Shown here: piece after piece, positions 8,303 to 16,765 of the stretch
How the letters are laid out: the number at the start of each line of letters is the position of its first letter
Position numbering within the stretch: position 1 is the stretch's first letter
Source of the DNA: Desulfobacteraceae bacterium
GTDB taxonomy: Bacteria > Desulfobacterota > DSM-4660 > Desulfatiglandales > Desulfatiglandaceae
DNA length: 46,269 bases
Assembly (NCBI GenBank): GCA_030666795.1
Contig: DAOUXC010000001.1
Span: 1 to 46,269, forward strand
Direction: 5' to 3'
Notes under the pieces: model-generated
The model's database searches: none
Seen by the model: the letters and a program-made list of their open reading frames with translations, nothing else
What the model was told of the DNA's origin: nothing
Made by a program: the position numbers and the translations under genes

Positions 8303-9001
8303 TCACGTAAGCTCAAACACGATTGTCAACTCTAAAGGTATTGATCCTGCGAACAGATTCGCCGGGGGTCTCGGGAAGGGTGATGCCTTTTGAACGGCCC
8401 TGAGAGCTGCCTGGTCCAGGGCCTTGTTTCTTGAACTCCTGACAACCTTCAGACTGATTAACCGGCCGTCGGATGCAATCACAAAGCCGACAACGGCACG
8501 GCCCTCAATCTGTCTGACCCTGGCCGCAGCAGGATATGCTTTATAACGCTCTATCCTGAGCCGCACCATCTCAAAATATTCATTGGAGGTTATGTAGTCG
8601 CTCGTTTCTCCCAATGTCCCAGGCTCCCACGCAGCAATTTCTAACCTTGTATTCTCCAGAATGTCCGGCATGCTTATCCTCTCCACCAGGCTGTCCGGCA
8701 GATCCGTGCCTGCCTTTTCGATCTTCAAAGGTTTAAGTCTCGGGACGACTCTTTTGCGCACCTTCAGCCTTTTGACATCATGCGGCCTTACAATCATTTT
8801 GGGCCGTAAGCGTGGTCTCGGTATGCTTCTTGATGGCGGTTTCGAAATATCCCTGAGAGTCAACTCGATATAGGTCAATGCGCTCGACTTATAAATCCCG
8901 GCAATATGCATGAATATCACTAAATGAATGCCAAAAGAGACACCGATCAGGCCGCGCAGCAACCAGTTGGGTTTTGTTTTGTTTTTCGACACGGATTTCA
9001 C
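8303..9001 (-). CDS. tonB: energy transducer TonB
   Basis: 232 aa. N-terminal TM anchor, Pro/Arg/Lys-rich linker, C-terminal YPAAARVRQIEGRAVVGF...ALDQAALRAV TonB_C pattern. GTG start. Confidence 0.85.
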   Translation of the reverse strand: MKSVSKNKTKPNWLLRGLIGVSFGIHLVIFMHIAGIYKSSALTYIELTLRDISKPPSRSIPRPRLRPKMIVRPHDVKRLKVRKRVVPRLKPLKIEKAGTDLPDSLVERISMPDILENTRLEIAAWEPGTLGETSDYITSNEYFEMVRLRIERYKAYPAAARVRQIEGRAVVGFVIASDGRLISLKVVRSSRNKALDQAALRAVQKASPFPRPPANLFAGSIPLELTIVFELT

Positions 9002-9009
9002 GGATTTCT
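8988..9009. repeat. direct repeat copy A flanking the GxxExxY cassette
   Basis: GACACGGATTTCACGGATTTC (tandem CACGGATTTC decamers). Overlaps the tonB start codon. Confidence 0.7.
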
Positions 9010-9030
9010 CTGATTAAAGAGCTAATTGCT

Positions 9031-9399
9031 TTATTTCTTATCGAATACTTTTCTTTTTATTTGAACGGAATGGCCAAAGTTTATCAACAAACCAACTTCT
9101 ATACCGGTTGCTTTCAAATAATTGACTAATTGAACCTCATGGATCTGTGCCAGATCTTTTACAGCTTTGAGCTCAAGTATCGCTTTATCTTCAACAATTA
9201 TATCTGCCACATATTCACCTACAATTTGATCCCGATAATAGACTTTAATGGGCATCTCGCTACTCGCTTTCAAGCCCATCCTCTTCAATTCAATCATAAG
9301 AGCATTTTGATAGACCTTTTCAAGGAATCCAAAGCCAAGTTCGTTATGGACCTTATATGCTGCGTTTATGATTTTCTCTGTCAGGTCGGAATATTTCAT
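9031..9399 (-). CDS. GxxExxY protein (PD-(D/E)XK-like superfamily)
   Basis: 122 aa. ...AAYKVHNELGFGFLEKVYQNAL... contains the eponymous G-x-x-E-x-x-Y. Typical length. Confidence 0.85.
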   Translation of the reverse strand: MKYSDLTEKIINAAYKVHNELGFGFLEKVYQNALMIELKRMGLKASSEMPIKVYYRDQIVGEYVADIIVEDKAILELKAVKDLAQIHEVQLVNYLKATGIEVGLLINFGHSVQIKRKVFDKK

Positions 9400-9417
9400 T
9401 TAGACTCCTCATCGTTA

Positions 9418-9439
9418 GACACGGATTTCACAGATTTCA
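9418..9439. repeat. direct repeat copy B flanking the GxxExxY cassette
   Basis: GACACGGATTTCACAGATTTC has one mismatch to 8988-9009. The decamer array continues to 9446. Confidence 0.7.
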
Positions 9440-9474
9440 CGGATTAAATTTAATTTTTTTCAAAAAATCCCTGT

Positions 9475-9882
9475 CTAAAAATCCTTCTCCGTGGCCAAGC
9501 AGAGTCTTGCGGCACCTGCCGCCTTTGCCACATCCATCACCTTAACCGCCTTATTGAGAATCACGGCCCTATCGGCCCTGACCACAACTAGCTTATCCTT
9601 CCTCTCGCCGATCATTTCCTTGAGCCGGTCAAAAAGACCGGCAAGCGGAACCTCCTGATTTTCCAGAAAGGCGCGCCCGTCTCTGTCTACATAAACCGTT
9701 ATTTCCTGCTCTGTCTGGGGTGCGGAAGCCTTTGCCTGGGGGAGTTTTATCTTGATCCCCTCATCCACCATAAAGTTGGTGGTCAACAGAAAGTAGACCA
9801 GGAGCAAAAACACGATGTCAATCAGGGAAGTAAGCGGCATCTGCACCTGGAAACGTTCTCCTCGTTTTCTATGAACAAGCAT
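9475..9882 (-). CDS. exbD: biopolymer transport protein ExbD/TolR
   Basis: 135 aa. PLTSLIDIVFLLLVYFLL TM plus the conserved periplasmic domain pattern. AAGGAG RBS. Confidence 0.9.
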   Translation of the reverse strand: MLVHRKRGERFQVQMPLTSLIDIVFLLLVYFLLTTNFMVDEGIKIKLPQAKASAPQTEQEITVYVDRDGRAFLENQEVPLAGLFDRLKEMIGERKDKLVVVRADRAVILNKAVKVMDVAKAAGAARLCLATEKDF

Positions 9883-9894
9883 CGCTTATCTCCT

Positions 9895-10503
9895 TCAGGA
9901 CCGCCGGCCTAAAGCCTTGATGAAGGTTACTGTCCCGTCCTGGAGCTGGGACTCATATCTATCCACACGGGCAACCAGGTAACTGTGGGCCACAATGGTG
10001 GGAAGGGCCACGGCGAGACCTAAGGCAGTAGTCAGCATGGCCTCCCATATGCCTCCCGCAAGGACCGCCGCATTCACCTTGCCGCCCATCTGCTGAATAA
10101 CCATGAATGCCTTTATCATTCCGAGGACGGTTCCCAAAAGTCCTAACAGCGGGGCGATGTTTCCGATGGTGGCCAGTGCCTGAAGATATCGGGAAAGACC
10201 AGTCACTTCCTCATCCGTAGCATGGATAATCACGGTCTCCAAGGTTTCTCTGTCCTGATCCTTGACTTCCATGGCCTGTGCCAGGACACGTCCCATGGGC
10301 GAATCGCTTTTGCCGGCCAGCTCGTATGCCTGATGATCCTCATTGTTTTTGATATGCCGGCCTATTTTTTCCACCAGACCATCCCCCCGAATCCGCACCC
10401 GGGAATACCGGATAAGCCGTTCCAAAAAAATGGCTAATGCGATTACGGAACAAAGAAGGATGGGCACTACAAGAACCCCACCCTTTGATAAAAAATCAAT
10501 CAT
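9895..10503 (-). CDS. exbB: MotA/TolQ/ExbB proton channel protein
   Basis: 202 aa. Three TM segments and LATIGNIAPLLGLLGTVLGMI signature. AAGGAGG RBS. Confidence 0.9.
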   Translation of the reverse strand: MIDFLSKGGVLVVPILLCSVIALAIFLERLIRYSRVRIRGDGLVEKIGRHIKNNEDHQAYELAGKSDSPMGRVLAQAMEVKDQDRETLETVIIHATDEEVTGLSRYLQALATIGNIAPLLGLLGTVLGMIKAFMVIQQMGGKVNAAVLAGGIWEAMLTTALGLAVALPTIVAHSYLVARVDRYESQLQDGTVTFIKALGRRS

Positions 10504-10515
10504 ATTGACCTCCTT

Positions 10516-12321
10516 TTATTTTCTCACCTGCCTACCTGCTATCTCCTCAACATCAGGTTTTCCGTCAAAATTCAGGTCCTTGGACCGTTTGACCAGGGCC
10601 TCTGACTCATCATAGTCCTCCCAGAGATCAGGCTTGCCGTCCCCATTTGTGTCCTCTTCCACTGCGGTCAGCCGGCCTTCTTGATAGTAGTACCAGATAT
10701 CCGTCCTGCCGTCGGAGTTATTATCCTTTTCCGCCCGGATAACCTCTTCGGCCTCGTTGTAAAACCAGGTGATATTTAATCCGTCACTGTTCCCATCTTT
10801 CTCTTCACTTTTCCTAAGTCTGCCCTTTTCATCATAGTATTCCTTTAAATCAATAGTCCCATCCCAATCTTCATCAATCTCCTTGAGTCTCAAAACGCCT
10901 TTTTTGTAGAAACAGCGCAGATCCGCCGACCCATCCCCATCCTTATCCAGTTCCATTACCACGGACCATTCATCCCGGTTGAACCATTGCTCGGTCTCAA
11001 ACCTGCCGTCCTGGTCCTGGTCCCTGACAAGTCTTTGTTTTTTCCCATTCCCATAAAAGACCTTCAAGTCAACCTCCCCGTTTCCACTTTCGTCTCTTTC
11101 GATTCTGGCAAGGAATCCACCCTTATAATATTGCCATGCATCCGTTTTGCCGTTCAGGTCCGTATCGCTCAGAACCCTCTCCTTTTTCCCTTTCCCATTG
11201 AAATACACGCTTATATCAGGCTTTCCATCACGGTTTTTGTCCTGTGTCTGGAGGTGCATATTGCCTTTTCGAAAAAATGATAAGGTTTCCATGTAACCGT
11301 CGCCGTCGGCGTCTGTTTGTGCCTTAACCGGTGCACCCCTGCAATAGGTCCTGATCCTGTCTATCCTTCCGGTGTATCTGGTGTCTTCCTTGATTATTTC
11401 CACCAGGCCCTGTGCGTCGAAATGGCAAAAGAAATCCATCTTTCCATCCAGATTGGTATCTTTTTCCTGGCAAACCGGTTTTCCATTCTTGAAACGCATG
11501 AATATGTCAAAGGATTTGTCACCATTGGTGTCTTTTCGCTGTTCAGATGGAAGGCCGTCCCTGAATTTTGTAATGATCTCAAACCACCCATCCTGATCCA
11601 GGTCCTTTTTTTGCTCAACCAGTTTTCCATGGCTGTAAAAACGGGTCTCTTCCATCTTTCCATCCCCATCCGGGTCGTGACGGCTCTCCTTTGGAAGGCC
11701 TTCGGAATCATAAAAAATGATCCTCTCCACCGTCCCGTCACCGTCATCATCAACTTTTTTCTCAACGGGCTTATCTTTCACATAGGTCTGCCATATGTTC
11801 ACGTTTCCGTCGCCGTCCGAGTCCCTGGTGGAACGGGCCAATCTCCCTTCTTCAAAATAATAAACACTGTCAAACAGGCCGTCTCCGGTGACATCTTTTT
11901 GTATCTTCAATGGCCGTTCCAGGGGGTCAAAGGTTATTATCTGATTAATCTTTCCGGTATCCAGTGACGTCCGCTCCTGCCGGATTCTTTTTCCCGCCTC
12001 AAAATAATCCCGATTATCAATCCGTTGGTCGTGATTCGTGTCTCTGTCTATCCTGATGACCTGCTCATTTTCATAATACTGGAAGCGGTCCATAAACCCG
12101 TTGCTATTACTGTCGATTTCCAGCATGGTGATCTTTCCCTCTTTGTCAAAGTGGGCAATCTGGTCTATGTTACCGTCTTTGTTTGTATCTTTTTTAAGCA
12201 CATCCCCGTTTGCCGAGGCCGCACCAAATCGGTAAAGGCCCACCCAGACCAGCAAGGCCCCGAAAAGGATATATTTGATTCCTGTTTTAAAGAGTCTTTC
12301 TTTTTGTGAACGGGTAAACAA
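10516..12321 (-). CDS. membrane-anchored or secreted DxDxDG (EF-hand-like) repeat protein
   Basis: 601 aa. N-terminal hydrophobic segment, then about 20 repeats of roughly 24 aa of the form [KR]D-x-[DN]-x-DG-x-x-[DE]...[FY]-x-x-G. TTG start with GGGGGA RBS; start is uncertain. Confidence 0.7.
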   Translation of the reverse strand: MFTRSQKERLFKTGIKYILFGALLVWVGLYRFGAASANGDVLKKDTNKDGNIDQIAHFDKEGKITMLEIDSNSNGFMDRFQYYENEQVIRIDRDTNHDQRIDNRDYFEAGKRIRQERTSLDTGKINQIITFDPLERPLKIQKDVTGDGLFDSVYYFEEGRLARSTRDSDGDGNVNIWQTYVKDKPVEKKVDDDGDGTVERIIFYDSEGLPKESRHDPDGDGKMEETRFYSHGKLVEQKKDLDQDGWFEIITKFRDGLPSEQRKDTNGDKSFDIFMRFKNGKPVCQEKDTNLDGKMDFFCHFDAQGLVEIIKEDTRYTGRIDRIRTYCRGAPVKAQTDADGDGYMETLSFFRKGNMHLQTQDKNRDGKPDISVYFNGKGKKERVLSDTDLNGKTDAWQYYKGGFLARIERDESGNGEVDLKVFYGNGKKQRLVRDQDQDGRFETEQWFNRDEWSVVMELDKDGDGSADLRCFYKKGVLRLKEIDEDWDGTIDLKEYYDEKGRLRKSEEKDGNSDGLNITWFYNEAEEVIRAEKDNNSDGRTDIWYYYQEGRLTAVEEDTNGDGKPDLWEDYDESEALVKRSKDLNFDGKPDVEEIAGRQVRK

Positions 12322-12335
12322 AACCGGTCCCCCAC

Positions 12336-12388
12336 AAAAAAAGCCACTAAGACATTACAGGTTTCGGTCCTGTGTGCCTTCGTGGCTT
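12336..12388 (-). terminator. intrinsic terminator/attenuator in the 5' leader of the repeat-protein/exbBD/tonB operon
   Basis: Minus strand AAAGCCAC...(inner ACAGG/CCTGT stem)...GTGGCTTT followed by U7. Ends about 14 nt before the TTG start. Confidence 0.55.
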
Positions 12389-12472
12389 TATAATTAGTCT
12401 TATATTAAAGATAGTAATGAAATTAAACTATGATCTGCCCTGCTCGCACCTTCGAGATGCCCGTTGCGCACA

Positions 12473-12501
12473 TTATTAGAAAATTACGGAAATCATGTCA
12501 A
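12473..12501 (-). promoter_or_regulatory. sigma70-like promoter
   Basis: Minus strand TTGACA-17 nt-TAATAA. Confidence 0.45.
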
Positions 12502-12719
12502 TGTTTTTCATGTGGAGCCCGTTGGATTCACATAAACCCCGGGTTACTTTTGGGAAATAACATTTTTTTTATTCTCAGAATCCTTTCAAAAAAATGGACA
12601 GTTGCATCTTCACCTTCACCCAGTCTCTATCGATTCAAACAAATTAAATGTGACCGTTTTAAGCAAACCAGCGGATGAAGGTCTGATACGGCGTTTTAAA
12701 AGAAGAACTGAAAAAAGCC

Positions 12720-12748
12720 TTGACATTTTATTTGGGATAACGTAATAG
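12720..12748 (+). promoter_or_regulatory. sigma70-like promoter
   Basis: TTGACA-17 nt-TAATAG, about 130 nt upstream of the 12878 start. Confidence 0.4.
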
Positions 12749-12877
12749 TTTTGTCAAGCCTAACATTAACGATTTTTTTATTGATAATATCGATAAAACG
12801 GCAGGATGAACGGCTTTTCCTGAATGGCTAAAGGTTTAATTGGTTTTTATCCACAGCCACAAAAAACGAGGTTAAAA

Positions 12878-13273
12878 ATGACAAAAAGACAGTTGGAGGA
12901 CTCTGTAAAGGAAAAATTCGGAATGGACATGCGTTTGTTTTTAAGAAAGAAGGTAGAAGAGGATTCTCTGTATGATTATGAAATTGCCGCCATGTTAAAT
13001 GTAAGGCCGTCTCTTATCGGGAAACTGAGATTATCCATCGGGGTCAAAAGGTCGAACGGGTTTTCAAGACGGTTTGAGAGGACCTATGGCCGGGGCGCAG
13101 TGGAAACATTCAAGAAAATGATAGAGGATCCGGACAAATCTCTTTCTGATGTGGGGAGGCATTTTGGGTTTTCCAGACAAAACGCCTGGCTGGTTTCCAG
13201 GAAAATCTACGGATATCCATACACGAAAATTTTCATGAAAAAAATACTCACAAAGAAACAGGAGGCTGCCTGA
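12878..13273 (+). CDS. hypothetical protein with two HTH-like segments
   Basis: Listed ORF trimmed to ATG 12878 (ACGAGGT RBS 6 nt upstream). YDYEIAAMLNVRPSLIGKLR and LSDVGRHFGFSRQNAWLVSRK look like helix-turn-helix units. Confidence 0.5.
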   Translation: MTKRQLEDSVKEKFGMDMRLFLRKKVEEDSLYDYEIAAMLNVRPSLIGKLRLSIGVKRSNGFSRRFERTYGRGAVETFKKMIEDPDKSLSDVGRHFGFSRQNAWLVSRKIYGYPYTKIFMKKILTKKQEAA

Positions 13274-13304
13274 GATGTATTGTTAGGGAGATCCGGGCTT
13301 TTTT

Positions 13305-13333
13305 TTGACAATAATGTTAGGAAATCCTAATAA
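13305..13333 (+). promoter_or_regulatory. sigma70-like promoter with embedded TTAGGAaaTCCTAA palindrome
   Basis: TTGACA-17 nt-TAATAA. A perfect inverted repeat TTAGGA/TCCTAA at 13317-13330 sits in the spacer and the -10. Confidence 0.5.
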
Positions 13334-13422
13334 TATGTGGGTAAGCCAAAAAATGTTTCGCTCCGTATCGGACGGATTGTCTTTAAAACGGTATTTGTTT
13401 GAAATTTTAAAAGGAGGGAAAA

Positions 13423-13611
13423 ATGCAAAAAAATAAAATGGAACAAATCGCTAATATCTGGTCGTCAGCAGACAGGATAAAAGGGTATTCAAGGCGCTTC
13501 GGCCTGATAAACATGCGGTCGAGGATAAATGTCAACGGTTCCCTCAGCCGGGAAATCAAGGAACATATAAATAAAATGGGATCAGGAAACAGAGAGAGTA
13601 TTTCAGAATAG
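13423..13611 (+). CDS. hypothetical 62-aa protein
   Basis: Strong RBS AAAGGAGGG 5 nt upstream of the ATG. First gene of an apparent three-gene operon. No family recognised. Confidence 0.45.
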   Translation: MQKNKMEQIANIWSSADRIKGYSRRFGLINMRSRINVNGSLSREIKEHINKMGSGNRESISE

Positions 13612-13649
13612 TCGATTTTGGAGGTTTGATTCAATGTGGAGGTCAGCAT

Positions 13650-14030
13650 ATGCATAAGAATTTCAGGATTGAATGCCGGAGAAGTGTCGGCAATCTTCAC
13701 GTATATCCCAAGGGTATCCTGGATGGAAGTTCGGCCTGTCAGATAATAAACGTGATCAGGGAAAAATATAAAGGAAAAGGAAGGGTCTTTATCAATACCG
13801 ATCAGATTAAAGAAGCACTTCCTTTCGGGACCACAACTCTTGGTTTCCAAATGGGTGAAATCACTATTCCCAGGGACAGAATTTATTTTAAAGGCAAGCA
13901 TGCATTTGTGATGGCACCAAATGGATGTAGAGTCATTGCCGGAAACAACAGGGGTCTTTGCCGGTGTGGTGGTAACTGCGCCGAGTGCTTATGCCGGCGT
14001 CTTGGAAACAGGGCGGAAAAACGGGCGTGA
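13650..14030 (+). CDS. hypothetical protein with Cys-rich C-terminal tail (CRCGGNCAECLC)
   Basis: Listed ORF trimmed to ATG 13650 (GGAGG RBS). 126 aa. No family recognised. Confidence 0.6.
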   Translation: MHKNFRIECRRSVGNLHVYPKGILDGSSACQIINVIREKYKGKGRVFINTDQIKEALPFGTTTLGFQMGEITIPRDRIYFKGKHAFVMAPNGCRVIAGNNRGLCRCGGNCAECLCRRLGNRAEKRA

Positions 14031-14067
14031 AAAATTCTTAAAAAATCAGATTAAGGAGGGATGTATC

Positions 14068-15366
14068 ATGCATGAAGCAATACCCGGTTTGAACAATATT
14101 ATTATGCCGAAGACAGGTTATGGGTTTAAACAATGTCTGCCTGTCTCGAAAAACGGGGTTGAAAAAAATGTCAACATTCCGGACGACCTTGAAGGATCTT
14201 CCCTCAGACATATATGGGAAATCAAGTATTTTCTCAAGTGTCCTGTGGTCGGGACCTGCCTTACCATACAGGAACAAAGACGGATACTGAAAAAGGCCCG
14301 GTATTCAACAAAGGGATTAAAACCCTATCAAATCCACGGGTCCATAATGAATCGTCTTGACTCGAAAAATCCAGTTTCACTGAAGCTTGACAACTATCTC
14401 AAGTATAAATATCGGGGAGAAATGCCTCTGCTTAAGGAACTTAATGAGGACGGATTCATGAGATCATGGCGGCAATTTTTTTTGACAGAGAGAATGGAAG
14501 CCCTGTTCTTTGTTGCCGCTGTAAGAAAAGATATTTCAACGGAATCCATACAGGAGATATTCGGTGAGATCCACATGCTGGGCCATGCCAATCTGCATGA
14601 AGCTTCAAGGCACGGACAGGATCTTATGTTCCAGCTCGAGGCCAACCAAAAGTTGGCAAAACAGTTAAACCGTGCAAAAAAACGCTCAAGGGGATTGCAA
14701 AAAGAGGTTTCGGCCCTCAAAGTATCATTGCGGGAATCCCGAAGCCTTCTGCAAAAAAACAAAGGAGATCGCGACAGGGTTGAGGATGAAAAGGGACATG
14801 AGGCTGCCATTGAACCTGAAAACCAGGCCCTTCAAATCAAGTTTCAAGAATTAAAATCCCATTCTGAAAATCAATCCGAACATCTTCAGGCTTTGGAAAG
14901 GCAAAGACGTCGTCTTGAGATTGAGGTTTTCGATCTCAAAGCCACAAACGGACATCTTTCCAAGGAATTAACGGAACTTGTGGAAAAGGTCTCATCCGTT
15001 GTTGAATGCACGAAATGCCATGAGACAAACTGCCCTAAAACTCAACTGGCTGAGATGCGAATCCTCATTGTGGGCGGCATCACCAAGATGAAGGGTTTCT
15101 ATCAGCGCTTGGTGGAAAAACGCGGCGGCATTTTTGAGTATCATGACGGGTACATGCAGAATGGGCAGGAAGGCCTTGAACAGAGAGTGAAGAGATGCGA
15201 TCTCATCCTTTGCCCCGTGGACTGCAACAGCCATGGGGCCTGTTCAAAGGTGAAAAAACTCGGCCAAAAATACGGGAAGCCCTATAAAATGCTTCGCCGT
15301 TCAAGCCTGAACGCCATATCAAATGCCCTGCTGGAAGAAAAACAGAACGGTATGCTTCTTCAATAG
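14068..15366 (+). CDS. coiled-coil protein with C-terminal DUF2325 domain
   Basis: Listed ORF trimmed to ATG 14068 (AAGGAGGG RBS 7 nt upstream). C-terminus RILIVGG...FEYHDG...CDLILCPVDCNSHGA...VKK matches my recollection of DUF2325. Long heptad region in the middle. Confidence 0.7.
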   Translation: MHEAIPGLNNIIMPKTGYGFKQCLPVSKNGVEKNVNIPDDLEGSSLRHIWEIKYFLKCPVVGTCLTIQEQRRILKKARYSTKGLKPYQIHGSIMNRLDSKNPVSLKLDNYLKYKYRGEMPLLKELNEDGFMRSWRQFFLTERMEALFFVAAVRKDISTESIQEIFGEIHMLGHANLHEASRHGQDLMFQLEANQKLAKQLNRAKKRSRGLQKEVSALKVSLRESRSLLQKNKGDRDRVEDEKGHEAAIEPENQALQIKFQELKSHSENQSEHLQALERQRRRLEIEVFDLKATNGHLSKELTELVEKVSSVVECTKCHETNCPKTQLAEMRILIVGGITKMKGFYQRLVEKRGGIFEYHDGYMQNGQEGLEQRVKRCDLILCPVDCNSHGACSKVKKLGQKYGKPYKMLRRSSLNAISNALLEEKQNGMLLQ

Positions 15367-15536
15367 TTGACGATGAGTTAATCTCATTAAAGCAATTGTC
15401 CTTTTGGGATCCTTTCCTGCCGGCATGGTGACACGCCCTGCTGTGATTAAGTCTATTAGATGCAGATCGGTAGTTCTCTCCCTACAATTTGAATAACCTG
15501 ACCGCAGGGGGGCTACCGTGCCGTCCTGAACCACCC

Positions 15537-15573
15537 TTGACAAAAGTTTAGGATTTTCATAATCTTTTAGGCA
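15537..15573 (+). promoter_or_regulatory. sigma70-like promoter with TTAGGA and TTAGGCA motifs (autoregulation candidate)
   Basis: TTGACA-17 nt-TAATCT. TTAGGA at 15548 and TTAGGCA at 15567. Confidence 0.5.
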
Positions 15574-15614
15574 TACCGAGCAGACAAACTAAAATTTGAA
15601 TGCAGGAGAACCTC

Positions 15615-16373
15615 ATGGAGAAGGGACAATTGCTCACCGCCAGCCAGGAAGATTATTTGGAAGCCATTTTTCATATCGCGTCGGAAAAGCAGGCTGCCAG
15701 GGCCAAGGATATTGCCAAAAGGCTTAAGGTGAATAGCTCTTCCGTGACCGGTGCGCTTCGAGTACTTGCTGAAAAGGGCCTTGTCAACTATGCCCCATAT
15801 GATGTGATTACATTAACGGCAGAGGGGGAAAAAATTGCCAAGGACGTGGTCCGGCGACACGAGGTCCTGCGCGACTTCTTTGTGAGGGTGCTCAGTATAG
15901 ATCCGGTTGAGGCAGACGAGGGCGCCTGCAGGGCGGAACATGCCTTTCCCCGTTCCATTCTGGACAGTCTTATCAAATTCGTGGAGTTTCTGGATGTCTG
16001 TCCACGCGCAGGGATTTCATGGATGGAGGCTTTCAGGGCCTATTGCGAAGGCGGTTTAAACCAGGAAGAATGCGTAAAGTGTACCTTCCGGGCACTGGAA
16101 GAACTTAAAGGAAAAAGAAGGAAAGACGCTGAACTGGGAAAGACGACCTTGACACTTCAGGAATTAGAGCCGGGGCAAAGGGGCAGGGTCATCAAGATAA
16201 AGGCTCGCGGAGAGGTCCGTAACAGGATCCTTGACATGGATATCAGGCCGGGGGCCCTTGTAGAAATGGAGAGTCTGCATCCCGATACCGACCAGGTGGA
16301 AATCAAGATGAGGGGGTATCACCTTTCTCTCAGAAAGGATGACGCCAATAAGATTCTTGTGGAACTGCTGTAA
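15615..16373 (+). CDS. DtxR/IdeR/MntR-family metal-dependent repressor with C-terminal FeoA/SH3-like domain
   Basis: SQEDYLEAIFHI...AKRLKVNSSSVTGALRVLAEKGLV (wHTH) and RRHEVLRDFF dimerisation/metal helix. C-terminal GQRGRVIKI...ILDMDIRPGALVE FeoA-like fold. ATG 15615 is preferred because of the AGGAG RBS. Confidence 0.85.
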   Translation: MEKGQLLTASQEDYLEAIFHIASEKQAARAKDIAKRLKVNSSSVTGALRVLAEKGLVNYAPYDVITLTAEGEKIAKDVVRRHEVLRDFFVRVLSIDPVEADEGACRAEHAFPRSILDSLIKFVEFLDVCPRAGISWMEAFRAYCEGGLNQEECVKCTFRALEELKGKRRKDAELGKTTLTLQELEPGQRGRVIKIKARGEVRNRILDMDIRPGALVEMESLHPDTDQVEIKMRGYHLSLRKDDANKILVELL

Positions 16374-16765
16374 TAAAAGGTTTTTCTCCTCCAATTTAGT
16401 CTACTCTCCGCAATAGCTTGCTACTGAGGACGGGCAGGAGAAGAGGGTGCAAGGATTCCAGGGGGCAAGGGTTCCAGGGTTTGTTTTCTTAATACTTTTG
16501 CCAGACTTCCAAGTCCTTATAATTCTTCAGAGTTTTTGTCCGCCTTTTCGGTGAAGAAACACTCGAATCCCTGGCCCAGACCGATAAACCTTACTGTATT
16601 ATCAATAAAATGCCATCGTTATGAAAATCAGCCTATAAGTTAAGTAGTCATACCGTCGCGACAGGGCGGGCCTTGAATCCTAGACTCCTTGAACCTTTTG
16701 CTGTACTCTATTAGACCAACCAATCAGAAGATGATAATCCTAAAAGATCAACACCCTTTTATCCC

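Noticed and set aside
8990-9446. CACGGATTTC decamer arrays as a possible CRISPR or other repeat array.
   Set aside because: There are only 2-3 contiguous 10-nt units per site with no spacers. They are better explained as flanks of the GxxExxY cassette.
13286-13304. T8 run after the HTH gene as an intrinsic terminator.
   Set aside because: I could not find a convincing stem immediately upstream of the T-run.
13407-13901. 164-aa minus-strand ORF across the 62-aa/126-aa gene region.
   Set aside because: It overlaps two plus-strand genes that have strong RBSs and an upstream promoter. The translation is low-complexity and has no motif.
16661-16700. tRNA-like T-loop motif (GGTTCAAGG on the minus strand).
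   Set aside because: The flanking bases cannot form a T-stem, and no acceptor or anticodon arms are evident.
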